A DNA stretch of 64,000 nucleotides from an uncultured Ruficoccus sp. GTDB lineage: Bacteria; Verrucomicrobiota; Verrucomicrobiia; Opitutales; Cerasicoccaceae. Position numbers and translations under genes: made by a program. The DNA lies in NCBI GenBank assembly GCA_965140785.1, contig OZ223517.1, forward strand, positions 17,484 through 81,483, in the 5' to 3' direction. Positions 38,782-48,644 of this stretch are shown piece after piece; positions within the stretch are counted from its first letter, which is position 1; each line of letters starts with the position of its first letter. The notes below the pieces were generated by a model. It was not told the origin of the DNA, ran no database searches, and saw nothing but the letters and a program-made list of their open reading frames with translations.

Positions 38782-41700
38782 CTAGAACGTGTACTCCAGT
38801 GCGAAACGATAGCTCTGTCCGACACGATAACTTGCTCGGTTTACCGTACTGTTTGTGAGACTCTGGTCGTAAATTATACCCCTCGGGCTGTCGGTGATAT
38901 TCTCGACCGAAAATTTAAAAACGAGGTTATCCGTAATGTTTTGGTTAAACGTCAAATCGAGTTCGTAGAAGGAATCGGTAAATTGATCGATGCTCAGGTC
39001 GGCGCCGGAACCAACGGCGGAAAGCACCTCGCTCTGCGAGAAATATGAAAGCGTAATGGCTGTTCCCCAATCGGGATTATTGTAAGTGATATACGCATTT
39101 ATAATCCACTCCGGCTGGTCAAAAAGCCGCCGGGTAGTAGGCAGGTTCTTGTTACCGTAAGGCGGCCCGTCCCCCCCTACGAAAGGTCCAGACACATTGG
39201 AATCACCCGAGCCCGTTGTGCCGAAGAAATTAAAATAACTGTCAAGCACGTTTTGGGGATAGCCGACTTTGGCATCGATCATACTATAGTTAGCCCCGAT
39301 AGAGAAATTCTCCAGTTCATCGGTGATGAAGCTCAAGCCCGTGACCGCCTCAAACTCCAGACCCTTAACGGTAGCCGTATTCGGGTTGTTAAAAAAGGTA
39401 AGAATCGATTGGTCCGTCTGCTGATCGACGATGACGATCTGCTCAATCGGGTTCTGGATCGTTTTATAGAATGCCGAAACCGATACCATCCCTTGGTCCC
39501 AGAAATGATACTCAAGCTTCACGTCCATGCTTTCGACGTCAGAGAGCTTGAGCTGAGTATTACCCATGACGACGTCTCCAGTACCCAGCTCACGAGAGAA
39601 ATACGGTGAAAGCTCACGGAATGACGGCTGGGCAATCGTCTGGGAATACCCGGCACGCAAAACCCACTCGTCGGTAATATCGTAAGTCACCGTTACGGCT
39701 GGTAGCGCGTAGAGCCGATTGATATCACCGGGCTCGCTGGCGTCAGTAAATCCAATCAGCTGCCCATTCGTAATCCCGTCGTTAGGATTCGATCCCAATG
39801 CGCGTTGATCAAGGACATCCTGCAGCGTAACAAAAGGCGTGAGCTGGGCATTCCCGGTGGAATCGATTTGAAGATTACCAAAACGGGCTCCCCCCGTAAT
39901 CCGGAAACTGTCCGTCAGGTTAAACTGCATCGTCGTATAGCCGGCCAACTCCATACGGCGGTTATCAGCGAACGACGCAAAAGCCTGGGCAGAGGTACTG
40001 TTGGAGCCGAGCAGCGAATCGACTGCGTCCTGCATCGATCCGGTCGGTGTCGTTTGTCCGGCAGATATCTGGGTATCAATCTGGTTGGTAGTACGCTCAG
40101 CCAGATTCCAAAAACCGCCCCATTTGACTGCCCCTGAAAGCCAATCCGAGCCGGAATCGTCCCAGTTGTAGTTAAAGTCGCTCCGGGCTCCGTAGGAGTC
40201 TTCGTTGATCAACCGCCAAGTCTCCAACATCGCTGGTTCCGATCCCCCCACGTTCTGTTGGGTATCGAAAAAATAGCCAGGGGTGTTGCCGGTCGAGCCA
40301 GTATCATACACGTATGTCGTGACGGATTCGTGTGGCGTGTTGCTGGTCGTGTTGGCGATGGTCGCCCCCCATGAAGCTTCGAGATCATCCAGTTCGTCGA
40401 AAAGATGATTGCCGCCAATCTGGTAAACATACAGTTCCCGCTGCTCGTAGGAAATCGTGTCCTCAGTCAGCGTCAGTGAGTCATTGCCGCCGCGCCCGAT
40501 GATGTTACGGGCTGTCTGGCCGAAGAAGGGCACGCCCCAGCCGCGGTCACGCAACTGGTTGGCTGGAGCCGCAAAAGAATTGAAGCCGGGGGGCAGATAG
40601 CCGTTATCCTTACGCTGGACGAAGTCATTGCCCGATAAACTGGCCAGGAAGTTGAACCACACCCGATTATCACCTTCAGGATCGAGGTCATAAGTCAGTC
40701 CGGTCAACATGCTGATCAAGACATTAGCCTCTGACTGGGTGACATCAAAATGCAGTGCGCTGGCTGACAGTTCCTTGAGATAAAGCGAGCCCGGCGCGTT
40801 GTTAAAAGTCGGGCTGCCAAATCCCGGAGGAGCCAGCACGTACTGACTGGGCAGGGCGTAGCGGTTCTGCTGCTCCCCAAACTGCGTCGTATAGGAACTA
40901 TCATAAGTGCTGGAAAAGATAAACCCAAGGCGGCGGTTGTTGAATTCCGTGGAGCCGGATACACCAGCGCCAAAAGTTAGCCCCAAAGGGGCGGAGGCGG
41001 TTATGGGCACCACATTATTACTGGTGCTGGCACGAATTTGGGAGATCGGAGCATTTGGATTGGGAGGGGGTGGACGATTATGAGCACCATCGGCCAACAC
41101 ATCGTCAAACCCTGAGGAAGGATCCTCTAAATAGCTGTCCAGAGCATTCGAGTTAAACCGAAAACCACCCTTGAACCAGACAACCGTCTCGTCCGTCGGG
41201 GTTTTGGTATTCAATTCAAAAGCAGCCCCGGAAGAGTTACTGGGCATATTCGGCAGGAAATCCTTGTTGGTAACCACACTGGAAATAATGGAGGTCGGAA
41301 ACAGGTCTAGTTGGAGCCCTTGGCGAACCGGGTCCGGACTGGGTACCGGCAGCCCGTTGAGCAGCGTACTATTGTAGCGGTCCCCCAGACCACGCACGAC
41401 GGCGAACTGGCCCTCGACCACGGTCACCCCCGGCATGCGCTGAATGATGTCCGCGACATCGGTACCTCCGAATTTCGCGAAATCTTCCGAGGAAAGGTAA
41501 TCAATCGAACCGGAAGACTCGCGCTTGAGGTTCTCCAGAAATGAGACACTGTTGCTATCGGAACTCGCGGTCACCTCGAAGGCTTCCATGTCAAAAATGT
41601 CACTGGCTGTTTCAGCCGCCTTCAGGGGAAGCACGTAATCGGCCTGGGTGGTTTTACCGGCGGTCACTTTCACCTCGCGTAGCGTGGAGTATTCATAGCC

Positions 41701-42129
41701 GGTCTGAGAGAAATCGATAGAATAGGTTCCTGTCGGGATATTCTCGAATCGATATGCGCCCTCTTCATCCGTGCTGGCCACCCGCTTGCGCAGGTTTTCG
41801 GTAGAGAGCTCCTCCTTAAGTACCTCCGGCCAATTCAGCACGACATTCACCCCCTGTATCGGATCTCCGCTTTTCATGTCGTAGACATGTCCCTCGACCA
41901 CGCCGCTATCCAGCCCCTGGGAGGATTGAGACGCAGTGGGAGCTGCCTCTTGGGTTGGAGCGGGAGCTGAGCTCTCTGCCTGGACGTTAGCAATCAGCGG
42001 AAACACAGCGACGCATAGCAATCCCAGCAGGGGCTTCATCCCCCCCGAAAAACGTTCTGTAAAATAGTGTCTTAAATGTTGCATCAGTAGCTTTAGGTAT
42101 GGCCAACAGGACGACCTTCGCACTCGCAT
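38782..42129 (-). CDS. TonB-dependent receptor with N-terminal carboxypeptidase-regulatory-like domain
   Basis: GHVYD...GDPIQGVNV, STDEEGAYRFENIPTGTY; plug RMPGVTV...VRGLGDRYNSTLLNGLPVPSPDP; QPSFRELSP, GN..L; C-terminal FALEYTF. True start may be downstream (42084 or 42039). Confidence 0.93.
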   Translation of the reverse strand: MRVRRSSCWPYLKLLMQHLRHYFTERFSGGMKPLLGLLCVAVFPLIANVQAESSAPAPTQEAAPTASQSSQGLDSGVVEGHVYDMKSGDPIQGVNVVLNWPEVLKEELSTENLRKRVASTDEEGAYRFENIPTGTYSIDFSQTGYEYSTLREVKVTAGKTTQADYVLPLKAAETASDIFDMEAFEVTASSDSNSVSFLENLKRESSGSIDYLSSEDFAKFGGTDVADIIQRMPGVTVVEGQFAVVRGLGDRYNSTLLNGLPVPSPDPVRQGLQLDLFPTSIISSVVTNKDFLPNMPSNSSGAAFELNTKTPTDETVVWFKGGFRFNSNALDSYLEDPSSGFDDVLADGAHNRPPPPNPNAPISQIRASTSNNVVPITASAPLGLTFGAGVSGSTEFNNRRLGFIFSSTYDSSYTTQFGEQQNRYALPSQYVLAPPGFGSPTFNNAPGSLYLKELSASALHFDVTQSEANVLISMLTGLTYDLDPEGDNRVWFNFLASLSGNDFVQRKDNGYLPPGFNSFAAPANQLRDRGWGVPFFGQTARNIIGRGGNDSLTLTEDTISYEQRELYVYQIGGNHLFDELDDLEASWGATIANTTSNTPHESVTTYVYDTGSTGNTPGYFFDTQQNVGGSEPAMLETWRLINEDSYGARSDFNYNWDDSGSDWLSGAVKWGGFWNLAERTTNQIDTQISAGQTTPTGSMQDAVDSLLGSNSTSAQAFASFADNRRMELAGYTTMQFNLTDSFRITGGARFGNLQIDSTGNAQLTPFVTLQDVLDQRALGSNPNDGITNGQLIGFTDASEPGDINRLYALPAVTVTYDITDEWVLRAGYSQTIAQPSFRELSPYFSRELGTGDVVMGNTQLKLSDVESMDVKLEYHFWDQGMVSVSAFYKTIQNPIEQIVIVDQQTDQSILTFFNNPNTATVKGLEFEAVTGLSFITDELENFSIGANYSMIDAKVGYPQNVLDSYFNFFGTTGSGDSNVSGPFVGGDGPPYGNKNLPTTRRLFDQPEWIINAYITYNNPDWGTAITLSYFSQSEVLSAVGSGADLSIDQFTDSFYELDLTFNQNITDNLVFKFSVENITDSPRGIIYDQSLTNSTVNRASYRVGQSYRFALEYTF

Positions 42130-42161
42130 GAAGAGAGCAGCTCCTCACTGGCGCAGGGCCG

Positions 42162-42968
42162 CTACAGGACAGGCACAGGATGCTGCTGCTCGTAGTTCAG
42201 CACCTCTTTTCTGATTTTGGTCTCGGCTGCCTCGGCATTTTCGAGCCCCGCCCAAGAAATACGAGTTATGACATATCCGTTTCGATCGACGATCACGACG
42301 GGCCACTTTTCAGGATGATGGGCCCAGGCATGTTGATAACCTTTGGAAAGAAAATACATCATCGTTGGGGCCGTAGGCGGATTGGCCTCCATATCCGCAT
42401 CCATCTCATCCTTGGTAGCATCCAGCGGGACGATAAGGGGTTGTACCCGGCAGACTGGGTCCACCACGGAATTTTGGCTCATTCCGGCAATTAGCTGCGA
42501 GAAATTCTCCCACTGCAGCCCACCGATGTCGGCGTAGGCAATGGCGTAATATCTGCCTGTGTCATACTGCCCAGGTGTGCATTGCAAACGTGTCTCGGGA
42601 TCGAAAAACGACCGTGAGATCAAGCTGGAAAAAAGCCCTCCATCTTCCTCTCTGGATCCGGGAACCACTGTCTTCGCCTGCTCGTAAAAATCAGTAACGT
42701 CAGGATCCAGCCGCATGAGCCCGTAACGTCCGAAGTCAACGAGGATAACATCCTCCTCTGCACGAATAAACACACCTCGACGGCCCTCCTGCAAGGTCTC
42801 ATCAGTGGGAGAAACCACCGGCTGCACAAGGGCAACAGATTCGGGCCAGTAATCCGAGCTACTCAGGTAATCGACTGCCCGTGTCTCTTCAGCCCATAGG
42901 CCGGGTTGAGATAGTCGCAGCGCGCATATCAAGAAGGGCACGAGTGATTTGACTCTCAAAGTTTTCAT
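42162..42968 (-). CDS. Secreted hypothetical protein, possibly a CxxC-less thioredoxin-like fold
   Basis: Signal peptide; C-terminal YYAIAYAD...LIVPLD...WPVVIVDRNG.VI pattern; no CxxC. Confidence 0.55.
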   Translation of the reverse strand: MKTLRVKSLVPFLICALRLSQPGLWAEETRAVDYLSSSDYWPESVALVQPVVSPTDETLQEGRRGVFIRAEEDVILVDFGRYGLMRLDPDVTDFYEQAKTVVPGSREEDGGLFSSLISRSFFDPETRLQCTPGQYDTGRYYAIAYADIGGLQWENFSQLIAGMSQNSVVDPVCRVQPLIVPLDATKDEMDADMEANPPTAPTMMYFLSKGYQHAWAHHPEKWPVVIVDRNGYVITRISWAGLENAEAAETKIRKEVLNYEQQHPVPVL

Positions 42969-42973
42969 AAAAA

Positions 42974-43723
42974 TCAGTCCATCATATTCCACTGCTTTTT
43001 TTGCTCAGCGGTGAAGGCGTTGTTGTTCTGGGGGAGCGCATATACGCGCCGAAGCGAACGGTTGGCCGCCACCGTGTTCTCTTCACGGATAGCCACCGAT
43101 TTGGGCTGAGAACTATCAACGAGCGATCCAGATTTCGCAGACTGACGACGAGCAGCATGTGCCAAGCGACGCAACTCAAGCGGCACCTCAATCCCACTAC
43201 GAATCAGGACGGGAATATACTCCGGAGCATTCAATGCGGCCTGAGCTTTAGCCGGAAGAGAGTTGAAGGGAGTTAGAGGACTTCCATCCGGTTTGACTTC
43301 CGGATAGTGGTAGCCCGGACCAGTCATCTCGATGTGATCTCCATCCGACCCCAAGAGTTTGAGGGTGTGTACTTGCCCATCGACATTCAGCTTAATGACA
43401 TGGCTCTGTTCATCGTAACCAGCTACCGTCCCTCCGAAGGAAGTCCGGTCCCCCACCTCCACCCAAGTCGATTTGCTGCTGGCAGCGTCATACAGGCTGA
43501 AGAACCAAGCGTCACCCATGTTCATAACGCCTTTAAATTCAATGCCCTCCAAGGACTTAGTGGCAGGAGCGACAGCGGGTAGAACGTTCATGCTTTTTTG
43601 CTCATGGTAGCCCGACGGTAAAAACGGGGAGGCCTCAAGCAGCGAGGTCGCTGCCCCATGCGTCATCACAGCCAAACCAGCCGCGATCCCGCACATAAAG
43701 CCCCTCTGGAAGAAACTCGACAT
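42974..43723 (-). CDS. Exported protein with GspC/PilP-like domain
   Basis: Signal anchor, SPFLP, then IEFKGVM...FFSLYD...STWVEVGD...TVAGYD...IKLNVDGQVHTLKL beta-sandwich pattern. Confidence 0.55.
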   Translation of the reverse strand: MSSFFQRGFMCGIAAGLAVMTHGAATSLLEASPFLPSGYHEQKSMNVLPAVAPATKSLEGIEFKGVMNMGDAWFFSLYDAASSKSTWVEVGDRTSFGGTVAGYDEQSHVIKLNVDGQVHTLKLLGSDGDHIEMTGPGYHYPEVKPDGSPLTPFNSLPAKAQAALNAPEYIPVLIRSGIEVPLELRRLAHAARRQSAKSGSLVDSSQPKSVAIREENTVAANRSLRRVYALPQNNNAFTAEQKKQWNMMD

Positions 43724-43748
43724 AGTAATAACTACGTAAGCGCGCTCA

Positions 43749-45143
43749 TTAACTGTTTTTCGCGGCCTTCTCGACGCGCTCCAAAAATTGCGCCACACGC
43801 TCGTCGTTCTTGTATTGGAGGGCCGTCCGAAGAAGGGGAATGGCCTCCTTAAACTTGCGCTCGCTGACCTTAATACGCGCCTGGCTCAATAAGGACTTGA
43901 ATTCGAACCCATCGACCTTAGCCGCACTCTCGTATAAGAACATCGCCTTGGCCGTGTTGCCCGCTGACTGCTCATAGGAGGCCAGTTCCATGAGCGCCTC
44001 ACCGTTGAGCGGATCACGCTCGATAATGTGTGCGAAGGCCTCCTTCGCCTGCTCATCGTTGCCTTGCGCACGCGCAATGTGAGCCTTGAGCAAAAGCAAT
44101 TCTACCTGATCCTCCTCGGTCAAATCCTGATAGCGATCTTCAAGGGTTCCTATCAGGGACGAAGCCTGCTCCCCCCGACCGGCCATGGTCAGGTACTTTG
44201 CGGTGCGCAGACCCGCATCCTTGTATTGGCCCTTATTATCCTGGCTCAAAAGCTCCTCGTAGACCTCGACAGCCTTATCATAGATGCGAAGGCTCATATA
44301 AATATCGCCCAGCAGCTTCAGGCTGGCGGGTTTGAGTTCGCCGAGGCGGCGAACGACCTCTATATTGACCGCCGCCTCCCGCGGACGATCCATCCCCAAC
44401 GCAGTATTAACCTGATAAAGCCACAGGTCGGCGTTGCTCGGATCGGCTTCAATGAGACTCTGAAAAAGAGTATTGGCCTCGGGATATTCTTCTTGACCAA
44501 GCAAAGCCTGAGCCAGTCCCAGCTTCCAGTCCTGAACCTCAGGCTCCTGAAGGATCGCCGCGCGGTAGGCTGATTCGGCCGCCACATAATCTTCGCTGTC
44601 CAGATAGCAATAGCCCAACAGTCCGTAGCTGCGCCCGTCATAATCGCCTAATTCAATCGACCGGCTCAAATGCTCCGCACCGGCAGCAAGCTCCTGCTGC
44701 TGCATTTTGAGCAGGCCGAGATTTTTATGAGCACGGCGATAGTCCGGGAACTTCTCGACCGCCATGGCGTAGTACTTCTCGGCATTCTCCAAATCGCCGT
44801 CCTGAAAGTAGAGGTTGGCCAGGACAAAACACAAAGCAGCGCTACTGTCCTCGTCCATCTCCTCCTGCAGTTTCATCGCAGCGGCCTGAGGATCGACCTT
44901 GATCAGATCGACAAGATCTCGGAACAATTCTACTTCATCATCGGTAACCTCTGGCTCGATCTGTGAATTAAAGCCATAGCTGCCCAGGAAGCGTTTAACG
45001 AAGGCCGGATTATCCCAAAATTGCTCGGCATAAACGTTGCCGGGTTCGATTCCGGGCTTCACGTCCTGTCCATAGGAAATGACCGCGGTCAGACTTCCAA
45101 GGGCCAGTGCCAGTACGATGTTAAGCATCAGTTTATTGTTCAT
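43749..45143 (-). CDS. Tetratricopeptide repeat protein (TtpD-like, TonB-system associated)
   Basis: Signal peptide and many TPR units (LANLYFQDGDLENAEKYY, AHKNLGLL, LLGYCY). Confidence 0.88.
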   Translation of the reverse strand: MNNKLMLNIVLALALGSLTAVISYGQDVKPGIEPGNVYAEQFWDNPAFVKRFLGSYGFNSQIEPEVTDDEVELFRDLVDLIKVDPQAAAMKLQEEMDEDSSAALCFVLANLYFQDGDLENAEKYYAMAVEKFPDYRRAHKNLGLLKMQQQELAAGAEHLSRSIELGDYDGRSYGLLGYCYLDSEDYVAAESAYRAAILQEPEVQDWKLGLAQALLGQEEYPEANTLFQSLIEADPSNADLWLYQVNTALGMDRPREAAVNIEVVRRLGELKPASLKLLGDIYMSLRIYDKAVEVYEELLSQDNKGQYKDAGLRTAKYLTMAGRGEQASSLIGTLEDRYQDLTEEDQVELLLLKAHIARAQGNDEQAKEAFAHIIERDPLNGEALMELASYEQSAGNTAKAMFLYESAAKVDGFEFKSLLSQARIKVSERKFKEAIPLLRTALQYKNDERVAQFLERVEKAAKNS

Positions 45144-45796
45144 TTTACGTTAAATGGGATGGGAATGCGCACGCGGGTGCGGACTTTCTCCCCGTTCTTG
45201 GTTCCAGGTTCGAATTTCCAGCGTTTAACCGCCTCCACGGCGGCATCGGCAAAGTCCTTATGCGTAGACTCGATCACCTCGATGTCTCGCACCTTTCCGT
45301 TTTCATCGACGATGAACATCAGCTTGACGAAGCCGCTGATCTTCTTGCGCATGAGCGCACGCGGATACTTCGGCATGGGCTGCGTGGTGGCGCGTGGCTG
45401 CTTGTCGAGGTCGTCGAGATCGAAGATAGACGAAATGTCCAGGTCGGCCTTCCCCAGGCCCATGCCCGGCAGGGCGAAGTCGCCCGCGAGATCGCCCCCC
45501 ATACCGGGGTTAAGCGAGAGCTCAAGTTGTTCGAGCGAAAGCTCCGGGGTCTCTTCCATTTCCGGCGGCTCTTCCTCCTCCTCGGGGGGCGGCGGCTCTT
45601 CCTCTATCTGGAGCTCTTCGGGAGGCGTGAAGGCGATCTCCATCTGATCGACGCTGCCCTCCTCCGGCTTTTCGTCGGCGATGAACTGCGTGAGCGGCAC
45701 CAGCAGGAAGACGATAAAGGTGAAGACCGCTCCCAGGATCAGCCCCAGAACGACGTGCCGGGCCTTGGTCTTCGTCGGATGATAAATATGCGTCAT
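45140..45796 (-). CDS. tonB: Energy transducer TonB
   Basis: TM anchor, EPPPPEEEEEPP linker, PKYP...G.V.L.F.VDE.G.V, AVKRWKFEPG. Confidence 0.93.
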   Translation of the reverse strand: MTHIYHPTKTKARHVVLGLILGAVFTFIVFLLVPLTQFIADEKPEEGSVDQMEIAFTPPEELQIEEEPPPPEEEEEPPEMEETPELSLEQLELSLNPGMGGDLAGDFALPGMGLGKADLDISSIFDLDDLDKQPRATTQPMPKYPRALMRKKISGFVKLMFIVDENGKVRDIEVIESTHKDFADAAVEAVKRWKFEPGTKNGEKVRTRVRIPIPFNVK

Positions 45797-45804
45797 GATC
45801 GGCC

Positions 45805-46209
45805 CTATTCCTTGAACGCGGAGAAGTTGACCTCGCCGGCGCCGGCCAGTTTGGCCTCCGTGACGACGCGGTCGAAAACTTCCACGCTGGCGTGCTCGTC
45901 ACACTGGATGTTGACGGGCACCGTGTTCTTCATGAGCGCCTGCTTGATGCGCGGGGCCACGCCCCCCACCCCGATCTCTTTGCCGCCGTAGATCACACGG
46001 TCGTCCGCGGTGATGGCGATCTGGATACTGTTTTTGTTCAGCTTGCGGTAGGTCGTTACGTCGGGCTTGTGCACGTCGGCTCCGGCCTCGTCCACAAAGA
46101 CGGTCGTTACGATAAAGAAGATCAGCAGGATAAAGATACAGTCGATCATCGGAGACAGATTAATCTCCGCGACGGTGTCCTGCTCTTCGGTAATGCTTGC
46201 GCGTGGCAT
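45805..46209 (-). CDS. exbD: Biopolymer transport protein ExbD
   Basis: EINLSPMIDCIFILLIFFIVTT. Confidence 0.93.
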   Translation of the reverse strand: MPRASITEEQDTVAEINLSPMIDCIFILLIFFIVTTVFVDEAGADVHKPDVTTYRKLNKNSIQIAITADDRVIYGGKEIGVGGVAPRIKQALMKNTVPVNIQCDEHASVEVFDRVVTEAKLAGAGEVNFSAFKE

Positions 46210-46219
46210 GGCTAGTAAA

Positions 46220-46618
46220 TCACTTGGGTACGTAGTGCACGTTCTGGGCTCCGGCGTTGACGACCTCGGCGTACACCTTGGCCAGCAAACCAAACTCCCC
46301 CTTCTTCTCGGCTTTGACGCTCACGGGTACATCCTCGCCTACCATGAGCTGTTTGATCTTGGGGCCGACACCGTTGACGCCGATATCCTCGCCCTCGTAC
46401 ATGACCTTGCCATCCTCGGTCACGAGAAACTCGATCGTCTCGTTCTCATCCAGCGAGACAGAAGCAGCCGCCTGCGGCTTGTTCACATCGAGCCCGACCT
46501 CCTCGACGAAGACAGTCGTGACGATGAAGAAAATCAGCAGGATGAAGATACAGTCGATCATCGGAGACAGATTGATCTCCGGCGGGGCTTCGTCCTCTAC
46601 GATGCGGTGGCGTGACAT
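46220..46618 (-). CDS. exbD: Biopolymer transport protein ExbD (second copy)
   Basis: Same N-terminal EINLSPMIDCIFILLIFFIVTTVFV motif. Confidence 0.93.
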   Translation of the reverse strand: MSRHRIVEDEAPPEINLSPMIDCIFILLIFFIVTTVFVEEVGLDVNKPQAAASVSLDENETIEFLVTEDGKVMYEGEDIGVNGVGPKIKQLMVGEDVPVSVKAEKKGEFGLLAKVYAEVVNAGAQNVHYVPK

Positions 46619-46633
46619 GCGGTGTAAAAAGTT

Positions 46634-47218
46634 CTAGGCGGCTTTGGAAACGGTCAGGACGATGGACTCCAGACGGGCCAGACAGGCCTCCAACGCGTGT
46701 TTTTTACGCTGAATAACCATGACGATGAACACGCCCGGCAGCGCGATGGTCAGGCCGGTTTGCGTGGTGATGAGGGCCTTGCGGATACCGTCGGCGATCA
46801 CACCCGCGGTCTCGGCGCCGCCGGACTGGGAAATGCCGTAAAAGGTCAGCAGCATCCCGATGACGGTGCCCAGCAGTCCCATAAGCGGAGCTGTGGCGAC
46901 CAGCGAGGAGATGAAAATGACACGACGGTCGATCATGCCAGTGATGCTCATGCGGACCTCGTCGAAGCGACGGCGGATGTTTTTCTGCATCCCCTCACCG
47001 AGCATGGCATACTTAATAATCTCACCCACGCGGCCTTCGCCCTGCTCAGGGTCATTGATCCATTTCTTCCACTCTTCCTCGTTCACCTTTCCCAGATTGG
47101 TGGTGTAGAGGTAGAGCAGCACCTGGAACGCGGTCGCATAAGTCAGAAATGCCAGGAGCGCCAGCGGGATCATTACCCAGCCCCCACCATTCCAGATGTC
47201 TATGATTTCTTCCCACAT
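46634..47218 (-). CDS. exbB: MotA/TolQ/ExbB proton channel
   Basis: GGWVMIPL, APLMGLLGTVIGM, GIRKALITTQTGL. Confidence 0.92.
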   Translation of the reverse strand: MWEEIIDIWNGGGWVMIPLALLAFLTYATAFQVLLYLYTTNLGKVNEEEWKKWINDPEQGEGRVGEIIKYAMLGEGMQKNIRRRFDEVRMSITGMIDRRVIFISSLVATAPLMGLLGTVIGMLLTFYGISQSGGAETAGVIADGIRKALITTQTGLTIALPGVFIVMVIQRKKHALEACLARLESIVLTVSKAA

Positions 47219-47231
47219 GGACGTGTACCCG

Positions 47232-48623
47232 TTACTTGATCAGACTCAGACCGTTGAGGAAGGCGATGGCAGCCTGCTCCATCTCCGAAAGCTTACGCTT
47301 GGCAAAGCGGGAAAGCGCGCCGTGCAGCAGCAGGGCCGGAATGGCCACAATGAGGCCGAACTCGGTCGTGACCAAGGCGACGGAAATCCCCTTCGAAAGC
47401 GACTGGGCATCGCCCGTACCGAAGATCGTGATGAGGTTGAAGGTGCTGATCATCCCGATAACCGTCCCAAGCAGACCGAGCAGCGGAGCGGCGGCGGCGA
47501 TCAGCGCGATAAAGGGGAGAAAGCGCTCGAGGTTCGGACGGCACTTGAGGATGCGCTCGTACATGAGCTCTTCGATCACGCCGCGCTTTTCCTTGGCGTG
47601 AACAGCCCCACAGGCGAGCATATCTCCCACTGCGCCCTTAACCTGGTTGGCGCGCGCTTCGGCCTCTTCAGGCTTACCTTCGGCCAGCAGATCGAGCGTA
47701 TCCTGCACATCCTGCACCGAAGCGGTCTTGAAGCTCATGATCTCGACAACCTTGAACAGCCCCATCAGAATGGCGACCACGCCCAGGGCGATAATGACAT
47801 AACCGACAGAGCCGCCCTTCTCGATGTGCTCGGCGATCGAGTCGCTGGAACGCTCGACCTTGATCGCCTTACCCAGCGTCGTGTCGGCCGGCAGCGTGCC
47901 CTCGCCTTCTTGTATCAACTGAGCCAACCCTGTGTTGAACTGCGCGGGGAGCTGGATGACAATCGGGTCGGCGGTATTAACCTGTGTCTCGGCCTGGCCG
48001 ACCACAAGACCGTCGTTACTGGCAAAGAATACGGTGGGACCGAGCACGAGAAAGGTACCCTGCTCCAGTACGCCCTGATTGGATAGCGCCTCCCCGGCGA
48101 AGGTGTACCCGCCGATCAGCTCGCCCATGCGCGTGATAGCGACATCGACCGCCTGGATCTGCGCGGCAAGTTTACCCTCCTGGTCCAGATTCGGATTCGT
48201 CGGGGCGAACTTGGCTGCATTGAGCATATCTTCGTACTTGGTGTACTCACTGATAGGCATCTGCGCCTCAAGGTTTCGCACGTACTCGTTGAGCAGCCCG
48301 GCGATGTACTCGTTCGACTTGGACATCGACTCGACCTGTTTCTTGAGCTGATCGAGGTCGAGCGTGCGGCTGTCGCGAGAACGCAGCAGGCGATCGTATT
48401 CGCGCTGACGCTCCAGCACCTGATCTTCCAAGTCGCTGATCTCCTTGGACAGCGGAATCTTCTCCTGCGCGATCTGGCTGCGTAAATCGGAAAGCTCACC
48501 CAGTGCGGCTTTCAAATCGGCGTCGGCCATGGATTGAACCTGATGAATGTCCTGCGCACAGGCAAAGTGCGAGGCAGCTAGAACGGCGAACACCCCCGCC
48601 AGGGTTTTGATCATGTATTTCAT
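47232..48623 (-). CDS. Long ExbB-family protein with periplasmic coiled-coil (TtpC-like)
   Basis: Signal peptide, coiled coil, then APLLGLLGTVIGMISTF...GISVALVTTEFGL. Confidence 0.9.
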   Translation of the reverse strand: MKYMIKTLAGVFAVLAASHFACAQDIHQVQSMADADLKAALGELSDLRSQIAQEKIPLSKEISDLEDQVLERQREYDRLLRSRDSRTLDLDQLKKQVESMSKSNEYIAGLLNEYVRNLEAQMPISEYTKYEDMLNAAKFAPTNPNLDQEGKLAAQIQAVDVAITRMGELIGGYTFAGEALSNQGVLEQGTFLVLGPTVFFASNDGLVVGQAETQVNTADPIVIQLPAQFNTGLAQLIQEGEGTLPADTTLGKAIKVERSSDSIAEHIEKGGSVGYVIIALGVVAILMGLFKVVEIMSFKTASVQDVQDTLDLLAEGKPEEAEARANQVKGAVGDMLACGAVHAKEKRGVIEELMYERILKCRPNLERFLPFIALIAAAAPLLGLLGTVIGMISTFNLITIFGTGDAQSLSKGISVALVTTEFGLIVAIPALLLHGALSRFAKRKLSEMEQAAIAFLNGLSLIK

Positions 48624-48644
48624 CTTGAGCGCGAAATTTAAAAA

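Noticed and set aside
46090..46590. Near-identical ~75-bp stretches in the two exbD genes considered as a repeat or recombination cassette
   Set aside because: Explained by the conserved TM segment of paralogous ExbD proteins, with synonymous differences.
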